Origin: Parcubacteria group bacterium
Lineage (GTDB): Bacteria; Patescibacteriota; Minisyncoccia; 2-02-FULL-40-12
DNA length: 64,000 nt
Reading direction: 5' to 3'
Assembly: GCA_016186395.1 (NCBI GenBank)
Contig: JACPLU010000003.1
Location: forward strand, 76,289 to 140,288
Shown piece after piece: positions 47,659-56,476 of this stretch (within the stretch, counting starts at the first letter, position 1; each line of letters begins with the position of its first letter). The position numbers and the translations under genes were made by a program. Under the pieces are notes generated by a model, which worked only from the letters and a program-made list of their open reading frames with translations, was not told the origin of the DNA and did no database searches.

Positions 47659-47784
47659 TTATTAATGCTTTTGAGACAATAGGAGGCACGATTTGCTTGG
47701 TCCCGAGTTTATCGAGGGAAATCGTGCCGACTCTTAATGAGTGTGCCGCAGGAGCACACGAATGTGTCTCAAAAGCATTAATAA
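47659..47784 (+). repeat. structured element family F copy 2
   Basis: Same outer and inner stems as copy 1 with a variable central segment. It directly precedes the next membrane-protein gene. Confidence 0.65.
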
Positions 47785-47791
47785 CTAGATT

Positions 47792-48385
47792 TTGGTGAAT
47801 AAGATATCAGAGATTTTATCAAATTTAATACTTAAATTAGCTGACTTCTCACAAAATTTTGGCAACCTTAATTCTGGTGCCAAACTAAATTGGGATATTT
47901 TTGTGGTTTTATTTATATTTTTGGCCTTTTTTCTTTATGGTATAACTGCCGGTAGAAATAAATTAACCCTTTTTTTCTTTAGTATTTATGTAAGCTTTCT
48001 TTTGGTGGAAATTTTTCCATACTGGTCGTTAGTTGAGAAACAGGCGGCAATTAACAAGTCATATATTTCTTATTCAATAGGATTTGTTATTTTAACTATT
48101 TTAATATTTTTGTTATTTTCTCATTCTGGAATTAAAACATTTTTTGCTTTGTCTTCAATTGAAAAAGGATCATGGTTTCAGATTTTTATATTTAGTATTA
48201 TCGGAGTCGGTTTGTTGACTAGTTTTTTGTTGTCGTTTTTTTCTCAATCCGAGCTTGAGATTTTGTCTCCGCGGATTATTAGATTTTTTGGTGTAGATAC
48301 GCGCTTTGGTTGGCTGGCAGCTTCTTTAATTGTTATGTCATTTGTACATAGACACCATCGACACAGAAGAGAAGGTAGTATATAA
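47792..48385 (+). CDS. hypothetical membrane protein (CvpA-like?) with His/Arg-rich tail
   Basis: Four TM helices; HRHHRHRR tail. Confidence 0.4.
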   Translation: MVNKISEILSNLILKLADFSQNFGNLNSGAKLNWDIFVVLFIFLAFFLYGITAGRNKLTLFFFSIYVSFLLVEIFPYWSLVEKQAAINKSYISYSIGFVILTILIFLLFSHSGIKTFFALSSIEKGSWFQIFIFSIIGVGLLTSFLLSFFSQSELEILSPRIIRFFGVDTRFGWLAASLIVMSFVHRHHRHRREGSI

Positions 48386-48434
48386 AGAAGATATAATATC
48401 CTAGTTCTTTAAAATTAAGGTAGAGGGGGAACTA

Positions 48435-49367
48435 ATGTACTGGAAAGCGTTTTTTATTTTTTTGATCCTCATTTTTAATACAAACTTTTCATATCAATGG
48501 TGGCCTAAGCAACCCAATTCAAATTCGGGAGATCAAAAAATTCAGGTTGGTGAGTCAGCTTCTTTATTACCACAGTTTCTAATTTTATATTTTCCCAGCA
48601 CAATTAGGGATGACCAAATTAAATTAGTTCTTTTGAGTATTGATAAGAGTCTTAAACAAATTAGAAAATCCAGAAAAGATGATTTTTTCGGCTTTATTTC
48701 AAAGGTTAGTAGGAATATTATTCATAAATATCCGGATAAACCAGAGGTTCCTGGTTATATAGCAGTTGAAGTTGTTTTAGTGGTCCCAATCACTAAAGAT
48801 CAGAAAAAATTTGATTTAAGCTCTTTCCTAGCTGGTTTCAGTTCGCTGGCCAAAGAAGGTAAAAGTCTAAATTTAATTCCTTTTGCCGGGCAATTTCATT
48901 TTAACTCTTTCATAGAAGAAAGATTTGATAACGTTACTCAAAGTAAATATTTTTGGCTCAAGCCTTTGTGTTTTTATGCAGAATTCAAGGTTGTTACCAA
49001 CGAATTTTTACATTCAAGGTTAAGCAGTTTAAGTGAGTATACTGATAAAAAAGATTGGAATACAGAAGATACAACTTCAGATGAAAAAAACGAGGCCGAA
49101 ACGCTATCAAGAGAAACTCTTTATGTGGATTGCTATTTTAGAATTTCGGACCAGGATCTGATTGTAATGGATAAAACAAGAAATTTTCAAGCAGAAGTAA
49201 ATATTCTAAGTGATATAGAAGTTAAAAAGGTTTTTACTGTGGTTATTAAGGCCAAAACTCAAAAACAAGAAGAATCTTCGCAGACAGACCCACTATTAAA
49301 TCCCGCCACGGCGGGATTTATCTGCTTTTTTCTACTCTCTCGGTATATTGGCCTGTTTGGGTATTAA
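48435..49367 (+). CDS. hypothetical secreted protein
   Basis: N-terminal hydrophobic segment; no domain recognised. Confidence 0.45.
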   Translation: MYWKAFFIFLILIFNTNFSYQWWPKQPNSNSGDQKIQVGESASLLPQFLILYFPSTIRDDQIKLVLLSIDKSLKQIRKSRKDDFFGFISKVSRNIIHKYPDKPEVPGYIAVEVVLVVPITKDQKKFDLSSFLAGFSSLAKEGKSLNLIPFAGQFHFNSFIEERFDNVTQSKYFWLKPLCFYAEFKVVTNEFLHSRLSSLSEYTDKKDWNTEDTTSDEKNEAETLSRETLYVDCYFRISDQDLIVMDKTRNFQAEVNILSDIEVKKVFTVVIKAKTQKQEESSQTDPLLNPATAGFICFFLLSRYIGLFGY

Positions 49368-49890
49368 TTCTTATTGTGTCGCCCTCATTTATAAAGAGTG
49401 GAACGTTAATGGTTGCACCACTTTCTATTTTGACTTGTTTGGTGCCTCCTTGGGCGGTATCGCCTTTAATTCCCGGAGGAGATTCGGTAACTAGAAAATC
49501 CATTTTGACTGGAAGTTCTACGTTAATTATGTCACCGTTAAATTTTAATGCTTCTAAAACAGTATTGGCTTTGAGGAAGTTTTTAATGTGTTCTACGGTA
49601 GATTCTTCGAGTCTGAATCTTTTTGATGGGTCGTTTTGATCAGAAAACCAAAATTCAACTCGATGATTGTAAAGATATTTCACTTTTGTCTTTTCAATAT
49701 CAGCTTCTTCAAACGTGTCAGATTGTTGAAAGTTTTGTTCTAGTATCTTTCCATTTAGAAGGTTTCTAAATCTGGTTTGTAAAACTGGTCTTCGTTGTTG
49801 CATCTTAAGATGGTGCGTTTCAAGCACTTCATGGGGTTGACCATTTAAAATAAAATAAACTCCCGATTTTAGATCAGAAATGGAAAGCAT
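49318..49890 (-). CDS. efp: elongation factor P
   Basis: MLSISDLKSGVYFILNGQPHEVLE... with KOW and OB domains and a GDTAQGGTK region. Confidence 0.9.
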   Translation of the reverse strand: MLSISDLKSGVYFILNGQPHEVLETHHLKMQQRRPVLQTRFRNLLNGKILEQNFQQSDTFEEADIEKTKVKYLYNHRVEFWFSDQNDPSKRFRLEESTVEHIKNFLKANTVLEALKFNGDIINVELPVKMDFLVTESPPGIKGDTAQGGTKQVKIESGATINVPLFINEGDTIRINTQTGQYTERVEKSR

Positions 49891-49914
49891 AACTATAGAA
49901 ATTTAGCATAAATC

Positions 49915-51075
49915 ATGGGCCTTTCAGTATTGACACAAATCCGACTAAGTAGTATAATAGAGGATATGGAAAATAATATAGAAAAACAAATTAATTTGGC
50001 TGGAAACGTTGATACTCAAGGAGTTAGTACAAAAGTTGATATCAAACCGGTAATTGATCCGGAAACTAAGAAAAAACTTGAAGAATTGGAGGAAAAAAGA
50101 CAGAAAAGAATAAAAACCCTAAGAAACACTGTTTGGGGTGTTGCTGCTATTCTCGGAATAATCATTTTGGCTGTCATCATTTTTTCTTCAGGTAATGACA
50201 AAATAGAAACAACTAACAAAGTCCAGACCGATAAAGAAGGAGCTTTTGCTTTTGAGTCAATCAAGGGATTTTTTATTAGTAATCCAAGTTCTACTACTTC
50301 TAATTCAAATATTGTTAGTCAGCAAAGCAATACCGTCTCTAACCAAAGTCAGACACAAAGTAATCAGTCTACAACTCAAACAACAAGAACATATAGTAGA
50401 GAGGAAATACTGGTAGCTAAGGTTTTGGATAGTCTTTACGGATTTGGTCCATCTACTGGAACTACTACAAGTGTAAATAGTTCAACTTCAACTGTCAGCA
50501 ATTCCGGCCAGGTAGCTGGCGCACAAATTATCCAGAACGGTTTTGGTTTTGTGCAGGGAGCAAGTGGAAACGGGTTAAGAAATTCGTTTTTGGTAAAAGT
50601 GAAGGGAGATGCGCGAGTTTATGAAATTATTCAGGGTCAAAAACACTTAATTCCAAATAATGTTATTTTTGAGGATTATGGTTTTGATTCAAGGACTATT
50701 CGTTTAGTTACTCAAAGAGAGTTGAATCTTTGGCCGAGAGCAAAGATTTTACATCAAATAGGAGATACAAAAATTTGGTATTTGACTGAAGTCGGTTACG
50801 TGAGACTGGTTCCAAATAGAGAGGTATTTATATCTTATGGAGATAGAATTGAGGATGTTATTCAGGTTAGTCCTTTGGAATTAGCTTTTTACCCAAGGGT
50901 TAAATATATTCATTTGGAAGATGGGGAGGACAATAGAATTTGGCTGATTGAGGGCGCAACAAAATATCCTATTAACCCATTAGCCTTTTTACGATTAAGA
51001 ATTAAATTTATTGAGATTGCTCCAGTTAATCAAAAGGAATTCGACTTTTATAAAGTTGGCCCGGAGATAAATTAG
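49915..51075 (+). CDS. hypothetical membrane-anchored protein with Ser/Thr-rich linker
   Basis: One TM; low-complexity STQ-rich region. Confidence 0.45.
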   Translation: MGLSVLTQIRLSSIIEDMENNIEKQINLAGNVDTQGVSTKVDIKPVIDPETKKKLEELEEKRQKRIKTLRNTVWGVAAILGIIILAVIIFSSGNDKIETTNKVQTDKEGAFAFESIKGFFISNPSSTTSNSNIVSQQSNTVSNQSQTQSNQSTTQTTRTYSREEILVAKVLDSLYGFGPSTGTTTSVNSSTSTVSNSGQVAGAQIIQNGFGFVQGASGNGLRNSFLVKVKGDARVYEIIQGQKHLIPNNVIFEDYGFDSRTIRLVTQRELNLWPRAKILHQIGDTKIWYLTEVGYVRLVPNREVFISYGDRIEDVIQVSPLELAFYPRVKYIHLEDGEDNRIWLIEGATKYPINPLAFLRLRIKFIEIAPVNQKEFDFYKVGPEIN

Positions 51076-51168
51076 GAAATATTAAAGGTTAGAAGCCAAA
51101 AGCGCCATTTAAATGGCGCTTTTAGTTTGACTCAATTAAAAAGCACCAAGTTGAACTTGGTGCCAATA

Positions 51169-51834
51169 TTAATAAATAGGTCTAAGCATTATTTTGCAGT
51201 AAGTATAAACCCGGACAGAAATTTGTTTAATTTTCTGATAAATCAAGAATCCAAAATAGGAAGTGTAAAAAAATAGTGAAATTAAAGTTATGTAAGTGTC
51301 AATCGATAGAAACTTTTTATTGCCGTGGGATATAAAGCCTGATATTGATTCGTTGTATATTGGCCAAAGATAAACGTGGCTTGAAACTTCATGAGTGAAA
51401 ATATCCGGTAAAATTCCAAATACTGCCCAAGCAGTACAAAAGTGTATTGGATATCTTAGCCAATCTAGTTTAAGGGTTTTTTTAAGAACAATCAGAACTA
51501 TTAAGACTAAGATTACTGGCGGCAAGCGGTTAAGATATTCTGTTTGTTCGCGCAATATCTGAACAGGTATGGATTGATAATTATGGGCAAAGTGTTCATT
51601 TATGGTCCAGGGGTTTAAATCCCACAGATCCCAACTGAAGAATTTGCTACTTGCATACTGAAATAGTTCTTTGGGGTAAAGTCGGGCTACTTTTGAAAGT
51701 CGGAATGCCCCATCAATTAAAAGCGGAATATCAGGCAGGATTGAACCGCTAAAATATACCCAAAAATATCTCTTTCTCCATTTTTGTTTTAATAAGAAAA
51801 AAAGAGCCGGTACTGCGTGGGTCGGTGTTAACAT
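51169..51834 (-). CDS. hypothetical polytopic membrane protein
   Basis: Hydrophobicity only. Confidence 0.4.
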   Translation of the reverse strand: MLTPTHAVPALFFLLKQKWRKRYFWVYFSGSILPDIPLLIDGAFRLSKVARLYPKELFQYASSKFFSWDLWDLNPWTINEHFAHNYQSIPVQILREQTEYLNRLPPVILVLIVLIVLKKTLKLDWLRYPIHFCTAWAVFGILPDIFTHEVSSHVYLWPIYNESISGFISHGNKKFLSIDTYITLISLFFYTSYFGFLIYQKIKQISVRVYTYCKIMLRPIY

Positions 51835-51882
51835 GTATCACCTTCCTTTATTAAGGATCAGATTTTGTTTTATGATAGCAAA

Positions 51883-52875
51883 TTAAGTAGTGTTTAGTCG
51901 AGAACCGATGAAATATTTGTGGCCGTTTACGAATTCTTGAATAGATGATATTTTCCCACCCCCTTTTTGTAAGGAAAGAAGTACGAGTGAGCCTATTTTA
52001 CATTGTACCGCAATTTGGCCTTTTGAATTTTTGAACACTGTACCAACAAGTAAACCACTTTCTTCGTTATCTGATTCTGCTTGTATAATTTTAATAATAA
52101 TTTCTTTTTTGTCACTATCTTTTGCCTTTTGATTTTTAACTTTTGATTTTGTCGTTATCCATGTGCCGGGTTCCGGGTTTAATGCTCTAATTTGTCTATC
52201 TAAATACTCGGCCGGTTTTAAGAAATCTAAATGTCCGTCTTCTCTGGAGAATTTTTTTGTGAATGTTGCTTGAGTGTGATCTTGTTCAACTGGTTTAATC
52301 TCATTTTTAACCCATTTGGGTATTGTTTTGATCAATAATTCAGCTCCTATTTTTGCCAATTTATCATGTAGCAATTCGTAAGTATCATGTTCCATGATCC
52401 ATGTTTTATGTTTCACGATTGTTGGTCCATGGTCCATTAGTTCATCCACTAACATAATCGTTACGCCAGTTTGGGTTTCGCCATTTAAAATTGATGTTTG
52501 AATTGGAGTTGGACCGCGGTATTTTGGGAGTAGTGATGGGTGAACATTTATAAAACCAAATTTTGGGATTTCTAAAATCTCTTTAGGAATAATTTTTCCG
52601 TAAGAAGCGACGATACAAAGGTCAGGTCGTAAATCTTGAAACTTGAAACGTAAATCATTAGTCAACTTTTCTGGCTGTAATATTTCTATGTCCCATGATT
52701 CATGTTTTATGATCCATGATTTAAGTAATGGTGGAGTGAATGTTTGTTTCCTTCCTGTTGGTTTATCTGGTGTCGTAATAATAGCCAAGATTTGATAGCC
52801 ACTTTTAATAAGTGAATCTAAAATGGGAATACTGAAATTGTCTGTTCCCCAGAATATAATTTTTGAATTTTGCAT
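51883..52875 (-). CDS. fmt: methionyl-tRNA formyltransferase
   Basis: N-terminal formyltransferase domain (HPSLLPKYRGPTPIQ). Downstream of def. Confidence 0.85.
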   Translation of the reverse strand: MQNSKIIFWGTDNFSIPILDSLIKSGYQILAIITTPDKPTGRKQTFTPPLLKSWIIKHESWDIEILQPEKLTNDLRFKFQDLRPDLCIVASYGKIIPKEILEIPKFGFINVHPSLLPKYRGPTPIQTSILNGETQTGVTIMLVDELMDHGPTIVKHKTWIMEHDTYELLHDKLAKIGAELLIKTIPKWVKNEIKPVEQDHTQATFTKKFSREDGHLDFLKPAEYLDRQIRALNPEPGTWITTKSKVKNQKAKDSDKKEIIIKIIQAESDNEESGLLVGTVFKNSKGQIAVQCKIGSLVLLSLQKGGGKISSIQEFVNGHKYFIGSRLNTT

Positions 52876-52887
52876 AGTGCGATAAGT

Positions 52888-53337
52888 TTAACTCTGTTTT
52901 TGTTTTTCTATAATAAGAGTTCCTTGGAGATGATCAAATTCATGTTGCAAAACTCTGGCAAGCATGCCCTTGGCGATAAATTTAATTTTATCGCCTTTTT
53001 CATTAAGGGCTTTTACTTTTACTTTTTTGGTCCTTTTTATTTTGAGCCAGGTTCCAGGAATGCTCAAACAACCTTCTTCCATAATATCTTCCTGTTTTGA
53101 GTAGGGTTCAATTTCTGGATTTAAGTAAACATCGGGGGCGTTATTTTCTTTTGCAAGAGACTCGTCTATAACAAAAAGAGCCAAATCTTTGTTTACTTGA
53201 TTGGCTGCTAGTCCTACACCCCGAAACTCTATCATGGTTTTTTTCATGTCTTTAATAAGTTGGTCAATTTGGTCTTCGGGTCTAACATTTTCTAGCTTTT
53301 TATGCAGTATTGGGTTTGGGTTTTTTATTATTTCCAT
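52888..53337 (-). CDS. def: peptide deformylase
   Basis: GVGLAANQV, EGCLSIPG and HEFDHLQG motifs. Confidence 0.9.
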   Translation of the reverse strand: MEIIKNPNPILHKKLENVRPEDQIDQLIKDMKKTMIEFRGVGLAANQVNKDLALFVIDESLAKENNAPDVYLNPEIEPYSKQEDIMEEGCLSIPGTWLKIKRTKKVKVKALNEKGDKIKFIAKGMLARVLQHEFDHLQGTLIIEKQKQS

Positions 53338-53397
53338 CTTTACTAACTTATCATGATAATTTGATTTTTTGAAGTCAGTAAGTCACAGGAATTGTAT

Positions 53398-53526
53398 GGT
53401 ATCGCCCCTTACTGGTAATAGGAAACGAAGTTTGATAGGTCCTGAGACTTGAGTCGAAGGAAACTTCGTTTCCTCTTAGCGAGGCATCCGCTGGAGATGC
53501 TGAGCGTGCCAGTAAGGGGCGATACC
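53398..53526. other. single-copy 129-nt structured element with an 18-bp closing helix and a three-way junction
   Basis: GGTATCGCCCCTTACTGG...CCAGTAAGGGGCGATACC encloses hairpins AGGAAACGAAGTTT/AAACTTCGTTTCCT and GCATC-CGCTGGA-GATGC. It lies between the divergent def and 53577 genes. Confidence 0.5.
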
Positions 53527-53576
53527 ACGAGCTGTGTTGATAAAGTTAATTTTTCCGCAGTGTATAATTTTATTAA

Positions 53577-56273
53577 GTGTCCAAACAGAAAATCTATTCT
53601 GTTCTTTTTGATGTCCTACCAGTTAATCGAAAAACTGGAGATATTGAAATTCAAAAAATAGAGTCGGTTCAGCAAAATCTTGATTTGGCTCAATTCAGGG
53701 ATCCTATTTATTGTGACGTTGTTGACTTAGCTTTTGCAGACCATATTGTGCCGATTGAAACAACTCCTCCCGCGGTAAGCGAAGTAAAATGGAATGCTCA
53801 TCAACAATTAGAAGAAGCTTTGAAAAAAACAACCACTCCATTAAATTTAAATTTTTCTAGTAGTCAAAAGCCGAGGGGAACAATACCCATCCGACAAAGT
53901 CACAAAAACAAAGAGGTTATTAAATCAAAGACGGATTTACCAAATGGAATTTGGGAGATTGGTAGGATTGAAACGCATGCGTCAACCCATTCTTTTTTTC
54001 CAGAACCGATATTGGCAAACGACAGAAACACAAAAAGTTATTTAACGGGGTCAATCCCGTTAGAGGCCCAATTCACGGACTTGAATTGGCAGAAATCGAC
54101 AGATTTCTTGCCTTTAACGGGATCAACAATTTCCAATGAACTAGAAAAGAAACTAAAAGAGCTTAGAGAAGTTAAAATTGAGCCGATTAAGAAGGAAGGG
54201 GTTATTATAAATCTTGGTCCAGCCACAGAAGCAATTCCAGTATCCCCACCAATTGTAGAGAAAGTGACAGTTACAAAAGCAAATTTATCTGAACAAGATC
54301 TTCTGGTGTGTCCGCCTCAAGTAACCAAATTTCAGTGGGGTAAGCTATTAACCGTTGGAATTATTGCAAATATTCTTTTCATAGGAGGACTTAACTTTTT
54401 TCAAAAGGGTATTCAAATCAAGAATGAAGTTACAAAGAAAGGAAACAATGCTTTAGCTAGTTTAGAAAGAGCAAAAGATGCTTTTTTAGGTTTTCGTTTT
54501 GATGACGCTAATCACGAATTTATATTTGCCGAAAAGAATTTTCAATCAGCACAACAGGAATTAAACAATTTTAGTTCTTCATTTCTGGGGTTGATAACTG
54601 CTTTGCCCGGTTTAAATAAAACTAAAGATGCGGAACAACTTAGCGAAGCGGGAAAGCTAATATCGGAATCCGGAGCTGATATAGCTTCAGCTTTTGACGG
54701 GTTAAAGAATGCGAACATTTTATCTTCAATTATACCCGGTGGTTCCAAGAAGCAATCTACCATAGATATGTTTTCTTTATTAAGGACTTTTCGGGTCGCG
54801 CTCATAGGGGCTGATCGAAATGTAGTAAGGGCGGGCAGGCTTTTAGCTGATGTTGATTCATCTTTGATACCTGAAGAAAAAAGAGAAACTTTTATAGATT
54901 TTCAAAATAAAATTCCGGAGTTTTCAAAATTTTTAAATGCGGCAATTGACTATTCGGGGGTTTTAATGGAAGCAATGGGTCAGAATGGTCCTATGCGTTA
55001 TCTTGTTTTGTTGCAAAATACGAGCGAACTTAGGCCGACTGGAGGATTCCCTGGAACTTATGCAGTTGTGGAATTTGATCAGGGAGTAATGAAAAGCTTT
55101 TTTGTGGATGACATATATAATCCTGATGGGCAGTTAAAAGAATTAATTATTCCGCCCAAACCTCTTCAAAAGATTACTCCTACGTGGGGCATGAGAGACT
55201 CGGCTTGGTGGGCGGATTTTCCGACCTCCGCGTATAAGGTTTACGAATTTTATAAGAAAGAACGAAAAGAAGAAATTGACGGTGTTATTGCTTTGAATGT
55301 AGATATGATTCTAAAACTTCTTAAATTCGTTGAGCCAATAAAATTATCTAAATACGGCACTGTTATAAATCCGGAAAATTTTCTGGAAGAGATACAGTCG
55401 GAGGTTGAGTATGGGTCTAACAGAATTCAACCCAAAACAGTCTTAAAAGATTTTGCGCCGTTATTTTTAGATTCAATTACACACATCAGCGAAGATAAGT
55501 GGGCCGATGTATTTTTGTCGATTGTTGAATCCATTCAGCAAAAAGATTTAATGGTTTATTTTTTGGAACCGTCTTTGGAAAAATTTGTTAAGGAAAGCGG
55601 TTTAGCTGGAGAAATCCGTGATTTTGATGGGGACTTTTTAATGATTAATCACACAAACGTGATGGGTTCTAAAACAGACGCTGTTATAGATAATAAAGTA
55701 ACTTTGAAGTTAAACATTAGTCAGGATGTAGTGGAACACGAGTTAACTGTTCAGCGTATCCATAATGGGGGAGACAGTAAATATGGTTTTTTCAATAAGA
55801 AAAATAACGACTACATGAGAGTTTTTGTTCCGAAAGACGCAGAACTTATATCTATTGATGGGAACTCGGACTTTTCTTTTAATCCATTGATTGATTATTC
55901 GGACGGCGAATTTAAAGAAGACCCGGATTTAGAAGACTTGGAATCAGCTCAAAAGGATACTAACGGGATTAAAGAATGGGAAGAAAACGGGAAAAAAGTA
56001 TTTGGTTTTTGGTTAGTACTTGAGCCAAAAACCACAAAGGCGGTTACCATAAGATATAAAACAAATACAATTAAAAATGGTAATTTAATAGATTATTCAC
56101 TTTTAGTTCAAAAACAGCCCGGAGTTAAGAGTAATATAAATATTTCAATAGATTCAGATCGTGACTTAAGTTTGACAGGAAGATTTCCAGAAAGCCTGAA
56201 TGCAATAGGTGATACTCTGGTAATGGATCAGGTTTTTGAAAAAGATATTTTGGTGGGAGCTTCTTTCAAATAG
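53577..56273 (+). CDS. large (898 aa) hypothetical protein with an internal TM segment
   Basis: Long ORF with no family recognised. The true start may be internal. Confidence 0.5.
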   Translation: MSKQKIYSVLFDVLPVNRKTGDIEIQKIESVQQNLDLAQFRDPIYCDVVDLAFADHIVPIETTPPAVSEVKWNAHQQLEEALKKTTTPLNLNFSSSQKPRGTIPIRQSHKNKEVIKSKTDLPNGIWEIGRIETHASTHSFFPEPILANDRNTKSYLTGSIPLEAQFTDLNWQKSTDFLPLTGSTISNELEKKLKELREVKIEPIKKEGVIINLGPATEAIPVSPPIVEKVTVTKANLSEQDLLVCPPQVTKFQWGKLLTVGIIANILFIGGLNFFQKGIQIKNEVTKKGNNALASLERAKDAFLGFRFDDANHEFIFAEKNFQSAQQELNNFSSSFLGLITALPGLNKTKDAEQLSEAGKLISESGADIASAFDGLKNANILSSIIPGGSKKQSTIDMFSLLRTFRVALIGADRNVVRAGRLLADVDSSLIPEEKRETFIDFQNKIPEFSKFLNAAIDYSGVLMEAMGQNGPMRYLVLLQNTSELRPTGGFPGTYAVVEFDQGVMKSFFVDDIYNPDGQLKELIIPPKPLQKITPTWGMRDSAWWADFPTSAYKVYEFYKKERKEEIDGVIALNVDMILKLLKFVEPIKLSKYGTVINPENFLEEIQSEVEYGSNRIQPKTVLKDFAPLFLDSITHISEDKWADVFLSIVESIQQKDLMVYFLEPSLEKFVKESGLAGEIRDFDGDFLMINHTNVMGSKTDAVIDNKVTLKLNISQDVVEHELTVQRIHNGGDSKYGFFNKKNNDYMRVFVPKDAELISIDGNSDFSFNPLIDYSDGEFKEDPDLEDLESAQKDTNGIKEWEENGKKVFGFWLVLEPKTTKAVTIRYKTNTIKNGNLIDYSLLVQKQPGVKSNINISIDSDRDLSLTGRFPESLNAIGDTLVMDQVFEKDILVGASFK

Positions 56274-56284
56274 ATAAGCTTACT

Positions 56285-56467
56285 AAACAATACTCTTTCT
56301 CTTTCTTCGCAAACCCCGGCGTGGTTTGCTTAGGGGTTGAGCCCTTGCGCCACCGCTAAAGCTAAGGCGGCACGCGGTCGCTCTTACCCAGCTCTTTCAA
56401 AAGAAAGAGCTGGGTAAACCGTGCCCGCTACGGACTCAAAAACCGTTCAAGAGTATTATTTAGCAAG
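56285..56467. repeat. MITE-like element family E copy 2, with a 36-bp internal insertion
   Basis: AAACAATACTCTTTCTCTTTCTTCGCAAACCCCGGCGTGGTTTGC...ACCCAGCTCTTTCAAAAGAAAGAGCTGGGT...AAGAGTATTATTTAGCAAG. Confidence 0.7.
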
Positions 56468-56476
56468 CCTTTAGTC

